NCBI GenBank assembly: GCA_047495785.1
Contig: JBLDXI010000007.1
Coordinates: forward strand, 2,728,001-2,792,000
Length of the DNA: 64,000 bases
Direction of reading: 5' to 3'
From: Lepidodermella squamata
Lineage: Eukaryota > Animalia > Gastrotricha
The notes beneath the pieces are model-generated. The model worked only from the letters and a program-made list of their open reading frames with translations. It was not told where the DNA came from and made no database searches. The position numbers and the translations under genes were made by a program. Within the stretch, counting starts at the first letter, position 1. Every line of letters starts with the position of its first letter. This document shows positions 1 to 12,300 of the stretch, piece by piece.

Positions 1-1674
1 TGAAATCCGTTGAATTGCTACAAGCGAAAAGCCCTTACAAACCGAAAATGGGTGATTTCGTGCGGAAGGTAGTCAAATCTAAGGAAGACGGCTCTATCCA
101 TCGAATCTTATCGGATTTTCGAAACAGACGGAGCGAAGAGCCATCGCCGGCCTACACGGAAACCACAAGACTTACTCTGCTTCAGAAAATTTTGCAATCG
201 GCAGCGAAGCTCAAGACGTTGCAACAAAACGAGACTTTGAAGAATAAGCGCAAGCTTTACCGGCCGGGCATGGGGGCTTTTATCAAAAACGTTCTCAAGG
301 CCGATAGAAGTGGATTACTATCGCGAATCAGATCAGGTTTTGCTGATTCGAGTCAGCATTCAATAACAAAGCAGTTCAGTTTCAACCATGATTCATTAAC
401 CGAGCGAAGCAGTGCACCGCTTGATTCTCGCTTCGGGAAAGTTCAACTCTTGGTTACTGCTGCAGATGAAGATGAAGATGAAGAGTACAAAACTGCATTT
501 ATGGTGGCAGCCGAACAGGGAAATATTGATATGGTACGGTTTTTCGTCAACAATGGAGCTGATGTTAATGTGAGGAATGAATTCAATGAAACACCTATCA
601 TTCTTGCTGCTGAGAACGGGCGCACTCATGTCGTCGATTATTTGCATTCAAAAGGTGGGAGATTCATTTTACTGTTATAATTTTTGCTGACTTTTCATTT
701 TAGGAGCTGATGTTAATGCAAAGGATGATTTTGGTTTCACAGCCATAGCTTGTGCAGCGAAAGGTGGCTACTTCAACATTGTTCGATTTCTAGTGGATAA
801 CGGAGCTAATGTAAACCCACTGGATCGTGACGGTGTGACACCCTTAATGTGGGCTGTTCAAAACTGTCATGGCGACATCGTTGAATTTCTGATTGAAAAC
901 GGCGCATCGATCAATGATTCAGACCGCAACAGATGGACAAGTTTGAGCTATGCTGCAGCTTTCTCCAAGCCGCAGATTCTTCGTTACTTACTAGCAAAAG
1001 GAGCGAAAGTTGATGCCAGAAACAAAGATGGATCAACGCCGTTGATAATCACGGCGGGTCGCGCAGTTTGCAGGGATGAAGCTGCGGAAATTACCAAGTT
1101 ATTGCTAGCACGTGGTGCTGATATTGCGGCAATGAACTTGAGTGGACTAAATGCACTGATGAATGCCGCAGCTAACGGAAATACGCCGGTGTATCGCATC
1201 CTGGTGCAGGCAGGGCTTGGTATTGTCAACGTGAACTTAGCGAGTAAAGACGGCGAAACAGCACTGATGAAGGCAGCTAAATTTGGATGCGTCGCAATAG
1301 TGAAAAACTTGATCGCTCACGGAGCGGACGTAAACTTGACTGACAATGAAGGCAGGTCTGCACTTATGGTAGCTGCGGAGTACGGATATAGCGACGTGAT
1401 GTGGCAACTCCTTGCGAGCGGAGCGTTCGTCAACGCTCGCGATTCCGTCAGTGGCTCGACTGCGTTGATATCAGCTTCGAAAAACGGATCGCTGGCGTCA
1501 GCTAAGCTGCTCGTAAATTACGGCGCAGATGTTGAAGAGAAGGATGACCAAGGCTATGACGCTATTACTCTGGCTGGTTTGAACGGTCATTCAAATTTAC
1601 AACGCTTTCTGAACGAAAAAGCTGTCAAGAGCTCAGCTCGATTTAGCCCACCAAATGTCGGCCGAGCGTTTTAA
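1..1674 (+). CDS. Ankyrin-repeat protein (5' end probably outside the window); exons ~1-654 and 704-1674
   Basis: About 11 canonical ANK repeats (TPLMWAVQNCHGDIVEFLIENGA, TALMKAAKFG...GADVN). The GT..AG intron 655-703 joins HSK-G-ADVNAKDDFGFTA in frame. The frame is open to the window edge. Confidence 0.9.
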
Positions 1675-1807
1675 CTCATCTTTCGCATGCTAATGCCATT
1701 TAATTTATTGCAAAACTGCGATTAAAAAATCAGTGAAAGATAGTTAGAACGACTTAGCTTTTGGAAGTGTTATCGTTGCGGATGAGTGCGGAGCAAATCG
1801 GCATTTA

Positions 1808-2785
1808 CTAAGAATAATTGCGAAGCTGCTCGTGATTCTTGAAAATAGCTAGTATTTTTCGAGGGAAATAACGCAATCTCGGGAGCGTCATTTCGTCTTC
1901 TGGCATGTAGAATGACGGTGGGAGTTTCAAAGTTGGTGGGTAGTCAATAAAATAACGGTTTAAGTGCGATTCATCGTGTACTCGAGCAATTATATTTCTG
2001 CTCAAATCTGCATCGATTCTGTTGATCAGAGTATTCACTGCTTGCAGAAAGTATTCTGTCTTCCCGCCCCATATCGCACCTGTATAATAATAGCAACCTT
2101 CCCCAGCAGCGACGTAAGCCGATGATTGAGTGCGAGAGTCCTCATAGTGAGGTGATTCGAGTTTATAAAATGATGGATGGATCGCCCCAAACAGGTCCGG
2201 CGTGGCCAGATCTTCCAAGTCAAGGTAATTCGCTAACTTTAGATCTGCATCGAATGCAAACACAAAATCCGATTTCTAAAAACAATAGTTGATAGAGCCT
2301 TTCTGAAATATGAAGAATCTATGATTTACCCTTAGAAGGGGTTCAGCCAATTTGTAAGCATGAAAACGCTTTAACGTCGACAATGGCCACTCTGAATGGT
2401 TTGCTTCAAGCAGAATGACGTTTTCACTGGTGTACTGCTGCAGGTCCGGCCGTTGCAGTTGCTTTTTATCCGTGAGCAAGATGTGATTGTAGGAACACGC
2501 AACACCGTTGCATAGAAAGTAACGCTTTATTGACGGCACTAAGTTGTTGAGTGATAGGTTAAGATACTTTCCTGTTGCCAACGTAATGATCGAAACGTCA
2601 TGTTTACGTTTATAACCGAGTAGCTTTCTACGCAACTTCTCGTCGCCATGCCAATACCTGGAAAAGAATTTCAAGGGGCGTATGCATTTTGACTCCTGTT
2701 CGACGTAAAAGATTTGCATTGTGGCGATCGACAAGCCAAAGCTGAACAGTATGACAGCCACCCAAATAACTCCCAGATTAACCAT
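1808..2785 (-). CDS. GT6-family (ABO/alpha-1,3-Gal(NAc) transferase-like) glycosyltransferase, ~307 aa; exons 2785-2330 and 2275-1808
   Basis: N-terminal signal anchor, ATGKY, WPLSTLKRF, DxD motif (FDAD), YYTGAIWGG and HDESHLNRYF, all GT6 hallmarks. The intron 2329-2276 joins LLR|KSDFVFAFDAD. Confidence 0.88.
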
Positions 2786-3351
2786 GACGCAAACTGTATC
2801 AAAGGAACTCACTGTTTAAGGTTTAAGCTAACTGTGACCCTATTCAGCGGAACGCTGCAGACGCCAATCCTCCGGGCCCCATAATCCCAAACCAAAACTT
2901 GGTGACCGATTGTCATTGATGACTGCGACTTTGAAAGTACTCAAATTCAGTTGCAACTATTCTGAATTGTATATTAAGTTGTATTTTACGCGAAAATTAA
3001 TATTTTTTGAAGGACGAATATTTGCGATTGGCGCTAAAAACGCGCTGTTTCCAAGAGAGTCAGGAGTCGACTTTCATGGCGCCGTGTGACGATTTTTGCT
3101 GAGTTCTGCTCCCATTCAACCGTTCAGCTGTCCTATCTCTTTTGCTCTCTTGGTCGGTTAGCGTTGTCTGTGGTACGTGCTACGCGGTTAGAGGTAAAGC
3201 GTTCTTCTTTTTTCTGTAATTGTTGGAGTCGCCGATTTGCGTTTTGCTATTCTCTGTGACATCAACCGAGCTTTGTTCTCAATCATTTAGATCCACCAAG
3301 ATTAGTTGAAACATAACACATAACACATCAACGAGAAGCAATTGCTAGTTC
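2786..3351. promoter_or_regulatory. Short divergent intergenic region, putative bidirectional promoter for GT6 and Dicer
   Basis: Head-to-head start codons ~570 bp apart. No specific core motif was identified. Confidence 0.35.
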
Positions 3352-6300
3352 ATGAGTGCTTCTAATGATGACGAGCCAGATCTTAACCTTCGGCCTTATC
3401 AGGTAAGGCGATTATTTTATCTGAAACAGGAACAAGCTTCCGTTTGCTGCTTCGATTTAGGCTCGATTGGTGGATCTCTGCTCCGAGCGGAATTCGATTG
3501 TATGGCTTGGCACCGGAATGGGCAAAACATACGTTGCGATCGAAATAATCAAGCGCCATGTTCCACTTGCTTCAACGCCGCTTGCGGAGGGTGGGAAGCG
3601 CATCCTATTTCTCGCACCAACCGTTCCCCTAGCTCGCCAGCAAAGCGGAGTGCTTGAAAAGTTCACTGGCTTGAAAGTGCAAAAGTGTTGTGGCGTTGAC
3701 GGTGTCGACTTTTGGCCACCAGAAAAATGGAGAAGCGCCTTGGACTCGAATGGAGTTGGTTGCAAATTTCTATCAAGTACTTAGAAGGATAAAATACTTA
3801 TTTATTTTTCATCTCTAGATACTCGTTATGACTCCAGCCGTTCTACGAGATTGCCTTCAAAAATGCTTTATAATTATGAGTCAAGTCAGTCTGATTGTTT
3901 TCGACGAATGCCATCATTCCGTTGGTGATGGAATGTACGTCCAAATTATGAAGCATTACGATGAAAACTCTGCGAACATGCCGCTATTATTGGCCATGAC
4001 TGCAACGTTGGTCAATAGCAAAATCAAAATGCCGAATTATGACAAATTCTTTACTAAGACTATGTGCGGCAGAATTCAGCGCCATCTCGATGACTTGTGT
4101 TCCGCTTTGAAATGTACGGTGCAAACCACGGAAGACCCGCGCGAATACAACGCCCTCGGCGCTAATCCAGTCATTCATTGCCGAAAATTTGAGGATCAGT
4201 TCAGCTTTGATGAGATCATTGCAGAAATCCGAAATTATCAAACAAATGTTCAAAAGTTGCTCGAAGTGGATAAGTCTTCAAAAGTTTTTGATCATTTCAA
4301 GAAGATCTTAGACGCTTGCGAAAACGCTGTCATCAATTTGGGTCCCATGGGCGCTCGCTTTGTTCTGAAATATTTTCAAAGAAGCCTAAGTTTCAAGCTT
4401 ACTGTTCAAACATTGGAACGCGACCAAATCAAAGCTTGTGATGAAATATGTGGGAAGCTCGAGAGTTTTATCGAAAACAAGCAGAAAGAGCTTGACTGCG
4501 AACATTCCTCCAAGGTTCAATTGCTTGTCGAAGTGTTGAAAGAGTTCAGCGAGCTTTACTCGGGCCGGGCCTCTGGTCTCAATCGATCAAGAAATTCCCC
4601 TGATGAAATCAATTCATCGTTTGAAAATGACAACGACTTTGAGGACGATTTTCTCGACTTTTGGCTTGATTTGATGAGAGGTGACGATGATTTCCAGAAT
4701 TTGAACTCGACTTTTGAAGAAAAAGACGAAGTTGACCGTGAAATAGCCAGGAAAATTTCGGAAAAACTTGACAATTTGCACCTAAACGACAGCGGTTTCT
4801 TCCCGAATTTCGAGCCAAACAGCCCATTGAAAGTTGAAAGCATGGAACTGGACAGAGTTTCTGCCCATTCAGGTTTGTGTTGCGTTGTGTTTGTCGAGCG
4901 GCGTTTGATTTGCGCGGCTCTGGCTCAAATTTTGGACGCGGCTAGTCGCGACCCTGAATCGGAGTTATACGGCCAAATTAGTGTCGATTACGTCGTGGGA
5001 CAAAATAGCCAAACAATAGGAGGCTATAATCAATTTTCGAGCCAGGCTGAAGCCTTGCAAGATTTATCAAACCTTTCAGCAAGAATGACGAAAAAGCGGC
5101 AAGATCACGTTCTAGGGAAATTTCGGATCGGTCTCTTGAATGTTGTCGTTGCGACTAATGTCCTTGAGGAGGGCTTAGACGTCCCTCAGTGCAACCTTAT
5201 TGTCATGTTTGACATGCCTAAAACGCCGAAAGACTTCATCCAATCGAAGGGCAGGGGTCGAGCTAAGGGTGCTCACAATGTCTTACTTGTCGGGGAGAGC
5301 GTACAGGACAAAACCATGGAAACATTCAAACATTTTCGAATCACTGAAAAACTGATGATGGTCAAATATTTTCGATTTATGGAAGATTTGAATTCTAATG
5401 CAGCGATAAAATCGTCGGAAAGAGACGAATTGATTCCGCCTTTTTGCCCGAATGGACCTGATGGACAGCGAATCGATCGATTACGCGCTGTTGAGTTGCT
5501 GAATCAGTACGTTGCGAAAATTGGCCGGCCTGTGTTGGATGTCACGTGGGAAAAAATGGAGATAGGCCGAGATGAAGAAACGGATGTGGTTTACTGTCAG
5601 TTTAAAGCAACGATTCGCCTACCGATTGAGTCGGGAATTCGGACACCAGTTACCCATGAAACTTGGATGCCGAGAAAACGACTTGCTAATCAAGCTGCGG
5701 CTCTCGAATGCTGCAAGCTGCTGTACGAAAAAGGTGAATAATAGAGACCTTAAATTAATTATTTCAAAAACTAATTTTTTATTGACGATGGGAACTACAG
5801 TGCTCCCTCGATATAAGCAAGGGGGCGGGGTCCACGCGATTGCTCTTATCGAGGGTTGCTCTTATAGAGGGCTGTTAAAGAGCTAGCAATGAATCATAAG
5901 TGCGTCGCCAGGTTTTTTTCTCAGTTGCTAGGGCGACGTTGATTTTACTGGTTAGCCATATCCAAGATAATCTGGTGTAGATTAATTATTCATTCAATGA
6001 TTTTAGATGTGGTCGATAGTATTATTTGATATGCAAAGTTTGGTCATTTGAATTCCAATCATTTTAAGCTGGCTGAAAATTTTTCAAAATTTTCCAAACC
6101 ATTTCTGAAAAATATTTCATTGAATAATTCCTTCATTTATGATCATGACCATTCGGATGTGTGAATATACCCAGCCATATTTGATAGCCATTAATTATCT
6201 GAATTTAATTTATTTGATCCAATTCTGGAATTTGAAGGTCAACAAAGCTTAAAAGCCTTCATTTGTATTCAATGTAGCAATTAAATTTGATTCAAAGACA

Positions 6301-9300
6301 AACCATGAATCCACTAGCAGATAAGCGAACAATTTTTGGTAAAATTCGGCTAGAAGGCTGTGATGCCCACAACCCATCCAAAGTTGAAATTAATCTTTTC
6401 TCATAAATCCGTGACAAAAAAAACTGAAGGAGTCGGAGGCGAACCTTGCTTGGGAATCCTGTCCAAAGTTTGCTTGAATCTTCAGTCGAAGATGCATCCT
6501 TACTTTATTTTTTCAGAATTCTATTTCAGAAATTCTAATGAATTAACACAGATTCACGGCAATTCCTCGTGATGTGTTTTTGATGGAATCGAAAAAGCTT
6601 GAATGCCACCTTCATCTGCTCTCAGCACTGCAGTCAAACATTAGATAATTAGCGGTGTGCTTTTTATCGCTCATTTCAATCATTTTTCCTGACACGTAGC
6701 GTGATCACTACCATTCTCTAAATCATCTCATCAATTACTAGTAGTATTGTTTGTGAATGAAAAAATACGAGAGACCAAACGCGCGCGCACGATCTCAATC
6801 TTGAAGTGCTGAGATAAAAAACATCGATCTGTAAAGATCAAAGATGAAGAGATCACGGCGCGCCGCTGTCAAACTCAAAAATTGGAAACGCCAGGAGCAG
6901 CGTTACAATTTTGTTGCTAACGTAAACACATTTTTCACGTAAATTAAAAATTATCATGTAAAAAATTTTAATTTGTCGAAAAATAATTTTTCAACAAATA
7001 AAATTAACGGGATCCAAAAAAAGTTGCTAGTAGCGAGGGATTGCTCTTATCGGGGTTGCTTATATCGAGGGAGCACTGTATAAAGAACTTTGAGAATTAT
7101 AAAAAATCAAAGACTTTCACTTTCGATTGCGATAATTCTAGCATTTTACTAAATAATCCAGGAAACCAATCTCATCAAGCCAAGCATTATCAAGTTTTAC
7201 CCTGGATTTGAAATTGAGCCAAAATATAGAAACCCTAGTCTGCTTGAACATTTTTCCATGGGCAGGATTAGGGATATTTGGAAAAATATTATGCGTTCAG
7301 AAATTCAAAAAAATTCACGTTGCCGGAAAGATTCAAAATATCAAATCAGGAAAATTAAAAATTCATGAGAGCAATCAGTATGTTACGTGCCAATGGAATT
7401 GAACAATTCTAGGGAAATTTGGTTTATGGGCAATTATTTTTATCTGGGTAAAATAACGAAAATTACCGATCGGGGTTTTTCAATTTTCGAATTTCGGTAA
7501 AATCTCGCTTGAAATGGAAGAATTATTTGGGTTGGTTGAATTAAATAAATATATTTAAATGTTTATTAAAATTTGCCGAGTGGGGAAAGAATTGCGCAAA
7601 TTATGGAACAAGCTCTACATTATTGGATATTATTTCCAAGTTATTTTAATTGAATACTTATCGGCCAGGCTTTCGACGAATTAAGAGGAGGAAAATAATT
7701 TTATTTAATTATATTTTTCAGGCGAAATCGATCTCAGTGGCATACCTTCACGCACTGAAGCGGCTCAGTCAATTGTTGGCAACGAACCTATCATCGAAGA
7801 CAAAGCTGAAGGTGCTGGCACGAAAAAGCGCGTCCAAACTATCCCTCGGCCTCTCCCGAAATTTATCGAGAAAATCAGCCCATCAGCCCCTGCTGCAGAA
7901 AAGGAGTTCTTTTTATACAACTTTGACCTGGAATTCTCGTCGATTTTAACCGAAGACACGAATCGATTGTTGGAAATGGTCCAAAATTCGGGTCTTACGT
8001 TTGGCCTTCTCAGCCCGGTAAAACTGGCCGATATTCCACGATTTCGTATCTACCCACGGCGCCACGAGATTGTGTCTCAGTTGATTGAAATTAATTCGAA
8101 AATCTCGCTGAAAAATGAAGAATTTGAAAAAATTGTCAAATTTCATCTATTTCTAACGGAGAAAATCATATTCCGCCTCAATGACGAATCGACGCCTGAT
8201 TTCGAATTTTCGCTGGAAAATAGTTCGGCAACTCTACTGCCGTTTTTTATTGTTCCACTGCGAGATTCAGCTGAAATCGATTGGATAAGCGTTACTCTAT
8301 CAACTGATCAAAATTTCGACATCGAAATGTACCCGAAATCGGTTTTCGCCGATCAAACCTGCCTGTCTAAAGCCGATCTCGTTGAAAAAACTTCCGCGAA
8401 TTCAAAATCGCTGATCGTTATCACTGATGTTTCTGAATCAAAAACTGCGAAATCCAAAATGGACCCGGATAATATTACTCATTTCGATTTTTTGCGAAAA
8501 CGAGGCGTTGAAGTTACCGACCAGGACCAGAAATTGGTGTATGGAGTTCCGCTGACTAATAGACTGAGTCTTTTCAGCCGAATGACGTTGAAATCGGACG
8601 GTAACTCTGCGACGAAAAATGTTGGAAATTTGTATCTGCCCGAAACTTTGACTCGATTGCCGATCTCTGGGTCGTTAACAGCCCTGTCTCGTTACGTGCC
8701 ATCCTTAATTTTTCGAATTTACCAATTATGGGTGGTTAAAGATTTCCAAAATGCGATTTGCGGTGAGCTGGAGCTGCAAGTTAAGGAGGATTCGAGCTGT
8801 ATCGGCGATCAAGGCGCAATTTTCGACGTTTTCAAAAAAATTGATCAACCAGCTATCGATCAGAATTTAATCGCCGAAAAAATCGATTCGAAGTCAAATG
8901 AATTCTTGAAACTAACTGGTGATTTGGTTTCAGTTTCAAGTGATGACCTATTAAAATCTGTCCAGGGCCGAATTGACGGGAATTTCGGTGAAGAATGCCG
9001 TGCCTGTCATTATTTCATCCACGTGCATTTACCCGGCGCTTTTCGGTCGAATTTTATGGTGAAGAAAGACGAGAGCCAAAAGTTGGCCTTTCAATGCCGA
9101 ATTTGTGCGAAGTGTGATTTGAAGTTCAAATCGACGCCGTTTGATTTACTGGAGCATGTCGTGATTAATCATCCGCGACTCTTATCATCACCCCACATTA
9201 TCTGGCCATCTTTCACGGATGCGAATTGCCAATTTTGCCGGCTGATTTTTTCGTTGACGGAACAAGCTGGGTTGAATTCTGTGCCGGATCACGACGCTGG

Positions 9301-12300
9301 TCGAGCAATTTGTTCGGAAAATTGCCGCAAATCTGGGTCGATTTGCGCGAGGCGGGTCGATTTCGAAAATTTGCCGAAACCGCCGCGGGAAATTCGAAAT
9401 GTTTCGAACGATTCGCCGTCTCTGAGCCAATTTTTTCAAGTTTTGCTGTCGATTCGAGCAAGAGATATTTATGACAACGAGAGATTTGAGTTGTTGGGTG
9501 ATACTTTCCTGAAATATGCGATCACGACGTATTTATTTGCGAAATATCAACACATCAGCGAGGGCCAGGTGACCTTTGTCAAGGGAAAGTTGGTGTCGAA
9601 TGCGAATTTGCGAGGCTGGGCAGCGAAGTGGAAGTGCGTGGATTTGATGGCTTATCCTTTTCTGACGCCGTTTGATCCTCAGCAAGGTGAGTAGGCTATT
9701 CCTCTTTGCTAGGGGAAAGGGGTTTTGGTCATTTTTTTCGAATTTTAAGAAAATCGCAAAAATTGTGGTTGACCGGAACAATAGCGATATTTTTTATTGT
9801 TGAAAATTTGAGAATTTTATCATTTATCTTTCAGTTTGACCCAGAAAAGCTGGTTAAATCTTAAATTAAACCCAAATTAAAATTCAGAGCACGTTTTTTT
9901 GGTTTTGATTTATGTTGCTGGTAATTTGAGTCCTTATTGGGCCACCTTGACAAATTTTCTCCTGAAAATGGCATAATAATTTCAAAATTGAAATTTTTTT
10001 CGATAGCCATCTTTACTTGTTTAGCTCATTTACAGCTGAGTTGCCTGTCGTTGAAAAAAATGAACTCAACCTTTCTCACATCAGTTTATCGTTGTAACGA
10101 GTAACGATTCACGCATTTCTTTTCGTGTGAATGAATAACTTACTTGACTGTAAACCTTAGTTTTCGTAGTATGGACGCGTAATCCGACTTCTTGTACGAA
10201 TTAATGATGCAAGAAAAGCAGCAGATTTTGATGGTTGATGGGCTCCTACCACCTAGAGAGAGAGAGAGAGAAGATTAGGATAGGAAACACGATGCAATTT
10301 TTTCTACGACTATCCTAATAACTAGCCTAGCCCTGGATTGAAATTTATGAGCTTGTAATAAACGCAAAATATTGGAGAGGCTAATTTTATTTGACAATAG
10401 TGGTAAGTGGTAATAGTCCTTAGGAGTAGGCGTGGGAGCATCTGGCGAACGATTAGCCGAGTCCCGTTACATGAGCCGGGCGCAGGGTCTAGGTTCCGCA
10501 GTAGAATAATTGGCGATCCGACCTTCAAGTTCAGCCGATGAGGAGGGAGACTTGTGGGGTCTAGGCTGTTGAGGAACTCGAAAGGATAGATGGCGGGCTT
10601 CAGTCAGTTCGCTAGCCATGAACGCGGCACCTTCAGTCATTCCAGCAAAACGTTCGGGTCGACGGTGATTTCGATCAGATTTGGATTTGGGTGGTTGGCC
10701 AAACTTGTCAAGCTTCTGGCAGACATCTCGGGCGTGGCCAGTTTTGCCGCAGAAACTGCATTGAGCCGACTCGACAGAGTGGTACTTCTTGGACTTCGGT
10801 CGTAGATGGCCAGCAGCATGCGCGACCATGGCCGATTCAGTCGAAGGTTGAGGAGGACCAGACGACGACGGGGCTTGATTGAGCGATGATTCGAGCTGGT
10901 TTGTAACCCCCTCCATTCGGAAAGCGCACTCATGACCTTAGGCAATGTGAGCCCCTCTTGAGCCCTGAAGTATTGGGAAAAGGATTTGTATTGGGGTGCG
11001 AGCGCGATTAAGAACATAAAGACGATGAACTCCTCATCCCGGGCCAACCCTGCACTATCCACATTTGCGGAAAATTTCGTAAAAACGCGAACAGAATGCG
11101 TCGGGCGATTCATGAAGGCCTTGTTTGCAGGCAACCAGGCTTACGACAGCCGAATACTTTGTCAGGGACTTTTTGGGGGCGAAATGGTCCTTAATGGAAG
11201 CCCACATGTCAGCGGTTTTTTCGAAATACTTGACGCGAAATAATAACTCAGGACTGACATGCCGAATAGTGAGCGAGCATGCAGTACCATCGAGCTCGTC
11301 CCATGCCTTAACCTCGGCGGTGTTAGTAGTGGTGGCAACTGGCTTAGCCTTAGTGTCCTCGACTATGTCCAACGAACCAGTCCCCTTAAATTCGAACTTA
11401 ATGATCAAGCTTCAATGAGCATAATTATTACTACCCAACACAATTCTTTCTTGTATCACTTCATCCGAATTTTTTTCAATTATCAAGAAATTCACGAACA
11501 ATAATTTCGAGAAAAACCAACTTTTTTAAGAGTGATGAGTTCGCTGCTCAGATATTCCGAAATATTTGTGATGGAAAACGTCACTGCAAATTCCTCGATT
11601 AGCCGCAGACGCATGGTAGAAAGAGTTACTTGACAATTCTCATTCTCCGTGACGTTCACCAGATACTCAGTGTATTTCGCCCTGAATGCGGCTTTCGGTC
11701 TGTTTTGCCCTCATCCCGATGTACCTGGCGGATGTGCCTTGCTGTTCTTTGATTTAACGCCAAACATTTCAACTAATTCTTTTGACTGGTATTGACGCCT
11801 GTCGATGTTCGAAGAGCATTTCCATCTTTACCAAAGAATTGGAGGACGACAGTAAAGAAAAAATAATCATTTGCTAGTTTCACGTGAACACGTGGACAAT
11901 AGCTGAAAAGCAACTGCGGCAAATTATTACTGAGCCGCGGCAAAAATTTTCGGAAAAGGTGTAGTTCAGAAAAAGTTAAACAACGTGAAGTTTGTCGCCG
12001 TGATCCTGGTGAAGGTGGCCACCCTCGATTTGCTTGACATCCGGAATGACGTAGTCAACCAGCTGTATCTTAGCGGTTTCGTTAACAAACAGCTGTTTAG
12101 TGTAGCGGAATTGTTGAAACTAGCAATTTTTGATGTTGACAACTTGGCCTTCATTTTTTACGAGAGGTTTTTGCGAGCCAAAAATTACCACGCTGATTTT
12201 TCGTCTGTCATCGCGAAGGAAAAACTTCGTCGGCAACTCTTAGTCACAATAATTGTTAAATGATATTTTAATATTCATCTTCTATTGCTGGGATTTTTTC

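Noticed and set aside
10255-10272. (GA)n microsatellite
   Set aside because: Ordinary short simple repeat.
10467-11408. Intact LTR retrotransposon or domesticated gag gene
   Set aside because: Frameshifts and a stop codon, with no pol and no LTRs seen.
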